Shown here: positions 59,320 to 62,719 of the stretch, in pieces
Layout of the letters: the number at the start of each line of letters is the position of its first letter
Numbering within the stretch: the stretch's first letter is position 1
DNA from: Polyangiaceae bacterium
GTDB lineage: Bacteria > Myxococcota_A > Polyangia > Polyangiales > Polyangiaceae
Length of the DNA stretch: 62,719 bases
Reading direction: 5' to 3'
Assembly (NCBI GenBank): GCA_033763455.1
Contig: JANRKO010000051.1
Coordinates: 1 to 62,719, forward strand
Translations under genes and position numbers: made by a program
The notes under the pieces: generated by a model
The model's input: only the letters and a program-made list of their open reading frames with translations
Told to the model about the DNA's origin: nothing
The model's database searches: none

Positions 59320-61626
59320 GTGACCGCAGAACCACACAGTTGTGAAGCCCAGCTCTTGTCAAAAGAGTGGCGAGATGAGCGCGATGGCTTGCGGCTCTAT
59401 TTGTGGGCCACCTCGGAAACGCATCCGGTTCACATCACGCTCACGCGTGAGCGCGCGGTGATGTTTCTGGAGCGCGAGCGCGCGGGGAGGGCGGATGAGC
59501 GAAAGCCTGTTGGGCTTCGGACGCTGGGAGGGCGAGCCGTGGATGCTCTTTACTTCTTGCGAGAGGGTGATTTGCAGGCGGAGGCGGCGCGGCTGAAGGA
59601 CGCAGGCACTTTGGCTCATGAGGCGGACATCAAGCCCGTGGATCGCTTTCTCATGGAACGTTTCATAACTGGCAGCCTGAAGGTAACGGGCCCAGCCGAG
59701 GAGCGCGATGGGGTGCTTTGCTTCACGAACCCACGCGTGGAGCGTTCTGATTTTAAGAAAACCCTTCGGCTGCTAGCTCTGGACATTGAAACGGAGGGGC
59801 TCGACGGCAAGCTCCTTTCCATCGCCGGGATTTGCGAGGGGGAAGCCAGGGTGTTCATGCTTGCGGAGGGTAACCTTGATGTTGCTCTGCCTTCGGTGAG
59901 CTACCTAGGCACGGAGCTCGCCGTAATTGAAGCGTTTTGCGATTGGGTGCGCACCAAAGATCCGGATCTACTGATCGGATGGAATGTTGTGGCCTATGAT
60001 TTGCGTTTGCTTTGGGAGCTCTGCCGCAAGGCGGGGCGGAGCCTGCGTTTAGGAAGGCAGGGGGCGGCAGCGGAGGTGATGATCCCCAAAAATCCGCAGC
60101 AGCCATTTGCTGCAAGGGTTCCCGGGCGCGTGGTGCTCGATGGGATAGCGACGCTGCGCAGCGCCACTTGGGCCTTTGAAAGCTTTGCGCTTGAAGATGT
60201 GGCGCAGGAGCTTTTGGGGCGAGGCAAGAAGATTGACCACGTACCAGATCCAGTTGCGGAGATTATGCGGCTTTATCACGAGCATAAGGCTGGGCTGGTT
60301 GCCTATAATCTCGAAGATTGTCAGCTTGTTTTGGATATTTTTGAGCGCGCGAATTTGATTCGGTTTGTTGTGGAACGGCAAGCGCTCACAGGCCTTGCCC
60401 TCGATCGCCAAGGGGGGTCAGTGGCGGCGTTCGACTACCTCTACTTGCCGCGCTTGCATCGCGCGGGGTTTGTTGCCAACGCTCGCTCGGCCGCTTCGAG
60501 CCATGATTCCGCACCTGGTGGGTTCGTGATGGAATCGAAGCCTGGCCTCTATCAGAATGTGTTGCTGCTAGACTTCAAGAGCCTATACCCGAGCATCATC
60601 AGAACCTTCTGTATCGATCCGCTCGGCTTGGCTCAGCCGGGGGAGGACCCTGTGCCGGGCTTCGCTGGCGCAAGATTCTCGCGGGAACGACACATCCTGC
60701 CGGGGCTCATCGAGAGCCTTTGGGCCGCACGCGATGACGCCAAGGCGAAGAAAGATAAGGCTCTGAGCCAAGCTATCAAGATCTTGATGAACTCATTCTA
60801 TGGTGTGTTGGGCACGCCTGGGTGTCGGTTCGCGAGCACCGAGCTCGTTACCTCGATTACACGGCGTGGTCATGAGATCTTGGGTCAAACAAGCCAGTTT
60901 ATCGAAGCCCAAGGCTACAGCGTGATCTATGGGGACACCGATTCGGTGTTTGTTCACGTGGGCGGCGGGCTTGAGGCTCACGCCTGCCAAACCCTTGGGC
61001 AAGAGCTTGCGAGAAAGCTCAATCACTATTTCGAAGCGATGCTGAGCAACACGTTTCGTTTGCCGTGTTACCTCGAAGTGGAGTTTGAAGCGCACTACCA
61101 AGAGTTCGTGATGCCAACGCTTCGCGGATCGGAGCGGGGGAGTAAGAAGCGTTACGCTGGCGCGTGGCGAGAGCCAAATGGGGAACTGAAAATTACCTTC
61201 AAAGGCTTAGAGGCGGTGCGGACGGATTGGACGCCCTTGGCTCGGAATTTTCAGCGTGAATTGTATCGGCGCATCTTCTTGAAAGAGCCCTATGAAGAAC
61301 TGATTCGCGAAACCTGCCGAGCCCTGCGCGCGGGGCGGCTAGATGCTGAGCTCGTGTACCGCAAGAGGCTACGCCGTGAATTGAGCGAATACGTAGCGAA
61401 TGTGCCCCCGCACGTGCAGGCGGCGCGCAAGCAGGGCCAGGCCTCTAGAAGCGTTGAATATCTCATCACGCTTGCCGGGCCCGAGCCCGTGGGTCACCTC
61501 ACTGCGGCCATCGACTACGAACACTATGTGGAACGCCAGCTCGAACCCATCGTCGATGGCATTCTGCATTTCTTGGGGCGGAGCTTCGCTGAGGTCGCAG
61601 GGAGCCAAATGCGGCTCTTTTCTTGA
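59320..61626 (+). CDS. polB: DNA polymerase II (family B)
   Basis: Exo DIET and GWNV..YD motifs; DFKSLYPS, KILMNSFYG, YGDTDS and KKRY polymerase motifs. Confidence 0.96.
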   Translation: MTAEPHSCEAQLLSKEWRDERDGLRLYLWATSETHPVHITLTRERAVMFLERERAGRADERKPVGLRTLGGRAVDALYFLREGDLQAEAARLKDAGTLAHEADIKPVDRFLMERFITGSLKVTGPAEERDGVLCFTNPRVERSDFKKTLRLLALDIETEGLDGKLLSIAGICEGEARVFMLAEGNLDVALPSVSYLGTELAVIEAFCDWVRTKDPDLLIGWNVVAYDLRLLWELCRKAGRSLRLGRQGAAAEVMIPKNPQQPFAARVPGRVVLDGIATLRSATWAFESFALEDVAQELLGRGKKIDHVPDPVAEIMRLYHEHKAGLVAYNLEDCQLVLDIFERANLIRFVVERQALTGLALDRQGGSVAAFDYLYLPRLHRAGFVANARSAASSHDSAPGGFVMESKPGLYQNVLLLDFKSLYPSIIRTFCIDPLGLAQPGEDPVPGFAGARFSRERHILPGLIESLWAARDDAKAKKDKALSQAIKILMNSFYGVLGTPGCRFASTELVTSITRRGHEILGQTSQFIEAQGYSVIYGDTDSVFVHVGGGLEAHACQTLGQELARKLNHYFEAMLSNTFRLPCYLEVEFEAHYQEFVMPTLRGSERGSKKRYAGAWREPNGELKITFKGLEAVRTDWTPLARNFQRELYRRIFLKEPYEELIRETCRALRAGRLDAELVYRKRLRRELSEYVANVPPHVQAARKQGQASRSVEYLITLAGPEPVGHLTAAIDYEHYVERQLEPIVDGILHFLGRSFAEVAGSQMRLFS

Positions 61627-61658
61627 GTTAGCAACGCGGTGGGAACGCCAACCGTGCT

Positions 61659-62057
61659 TCAGCTAGCCTGCTCGCCCTCGTGCCTCAATCGGCAGAGGCG
61701 TGTCAGCATCACAAACCCAAGCGGGAGCGCCAAAGCTTGGAGATTGTCGCGCAGGTTTGGATGAAAGATCAGCACGAAGCCTCGATCTTTTATCAAAGCC
61801 GCGAAGCTTGAAACACAGAACGGCATCAGGAACAACCGCACCACCTGCCAACGCTCCAGCTTCGTGGGTGTGGAGCCACCGTGCGCAGTGCTCAGATAGA
61901 GGCCGATACCGATGATGAAACTGATGCCCAACGAGCTCAGCCAGAGGCGCGGGTCCGGATCAAAGTAGCGATAGGCAGCGTAGAGATACCAAAGTAGGTA
62001 ACACCACAGCACGGTGCGCGATGTGGTGAGTTGGGAAAGGTATTGGTAAGCTCGCAC
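61659..62057 (-). CDS. Conserved-looking hypothetical membrane protein
   Basis: About 4 TM; LWCYLLWY and RLFLMPFCVSSF; TATGCT 6 nt before GTG. Confidence 0.75.
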   Translation of the reverse strand: MRAYQYLSQLTTSRTVLWCYLLWYLYAAYRYFDPDPRLWLSSLGISFIIGIGLYLSTAHGGSTPTKLERWQVVRLFLMPFCVSSFAALIKDRGFVLIFHPNLRDNLQALALPLGFVMLTRLCRLRHEGEQAS

Positions 62058-62528
62058 TTAGGGAGCATATCGCCAGGAGTGTTTCGAGGGTGTCTCAGGG
62101 GGTGCTTGGGGGGCCGGAACGGCTCGGTGCTTGGCAGTGCACGAGCGCACGTCGCCTAGCGCTGGCAGATGCGTCCCTCTTCGGGTTGACCTCGACCGGG
62201 GCTCTCATTGACGTTGGCGGGCAACTACTCGGGCGAGGGCACGCCCCGAACTTCGGCGTTACCCGCTCGCCGTGTTCACGGCCGGGTACAAATAGACGGC
62301 CAGGTGGGTTGAAGGCCGACAAATCCAAGCACCCCCAGTTGGGAGGGCACACTCCAGGATTCGCGGTGCAGCCGGTGATAAGCGATTCGAGCAACAACTT
62401 TGACTCCGGGTACCACCAAGCGCGCGGGCGCATAGGCAATCGCCTCACGCAGGCTCGCCACGACCGGACCGCGAGGAGCCCGGTGGGCACCTGCCTGGGT
62501 GCCGCAGTTCCGCCCCCCGAGTGGGGCC

Positions 62529-62561
62529 CCCAGTTGAAAATGACTTTCATTATCAACTGGG
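62529..62561. promoter_or_regulatory. Fur-box-like operator palindrome
   Basis: CCCAGTTGAAAATGA-ctt-TCATTATCAACTGGG. Core matches GATAATGATAATCATTATC at 16 of 19 positions. Confidence 0.75.
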
Positions 62562-62719
62562 TCCTGCTAGTGGAGTTGCTCATGTGCGTCACGAAGCTGC
62601 AGCTGACCAGCGGGTGCCGGCCTGGAGACGATCCGGGTCGAAGTCTCGTCAGCGGAAATACCGAAAGGTCGTTGTATCGAGTCTTGCGTCTTGCATCGCG
62701 AGGTGCCGGGCGAAGCGTA

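Noticed and set aside
59320..61626. Phage/casposon-type PolB or intein
   Set aside because: Length and motifs fit ordinary bacterial Pol II; no insertion and no mobile-element neighbours.
62095..62592. 165-aa minus-strand ORF
   Set aside because: Not protein-like, runs through the Fur-box palindrome, and has no motifs.
1..62719. CRISPR array, tRNA, rRNA, IS transposase or integrase
   Set aside because: No regularly spaced repeats, cloverleaf/T-loop context, rRNA-like tracts, or DDE/tyrosine recombinase motifs were seen by eye. A formal scan was not run.

Overview
GC-rich bacterial chromosomal segment. The gene content (Ser/Thr kinases, kinase-PilZ fusion, DUF1592/DUF1552 pair, Gly/Pro-rich lipoproteins, two-domain DsbA-like protein) points to Myxococcota, probably Polyangia/Polyangiaceae; this is an inference. 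Most of the window is housekeeping: panB-panC-tmk, lpdA, ARMT1-like phosphatase, clsB, lysA, pyk, the rimP-nusA-ylxR/L7Ae-infB-DUF503-rbfA operon with a sigma70 promoter and leader terminator, GS type III, mgtE and polB. Two accessory patches stand out. At ~15.9-21.3 kb, an intact Rpn-family nuclease has an in-frame internal RBS+ATG (candidate intragenic antitoxin) and is bracketed by a degenerate 200-bp direct repeat. It sits among toxin-antitoxin/defence-type gene remnants: an internally deleted AAA-DUF4143 gene, a PIN 3' fragment and an MNT lacking its HEPN partner. At ~57.4-59.2 kb there are more fragments, including a truncated nucleotidyltransferase. Other notable items are an orphan FlhB/SctU lacking its NPTH domain, recurrent -10 boxes 6-7 nt before start codons (possible leaderless mRNAs), a hairpin-dense 300-bp intergenic region after rbfA, and a strong Fur-box palindrome near the right end. 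No rRNA, tRNA or CRISPR array was seen. All calls are by-eye motif recognition; no database searches were run.
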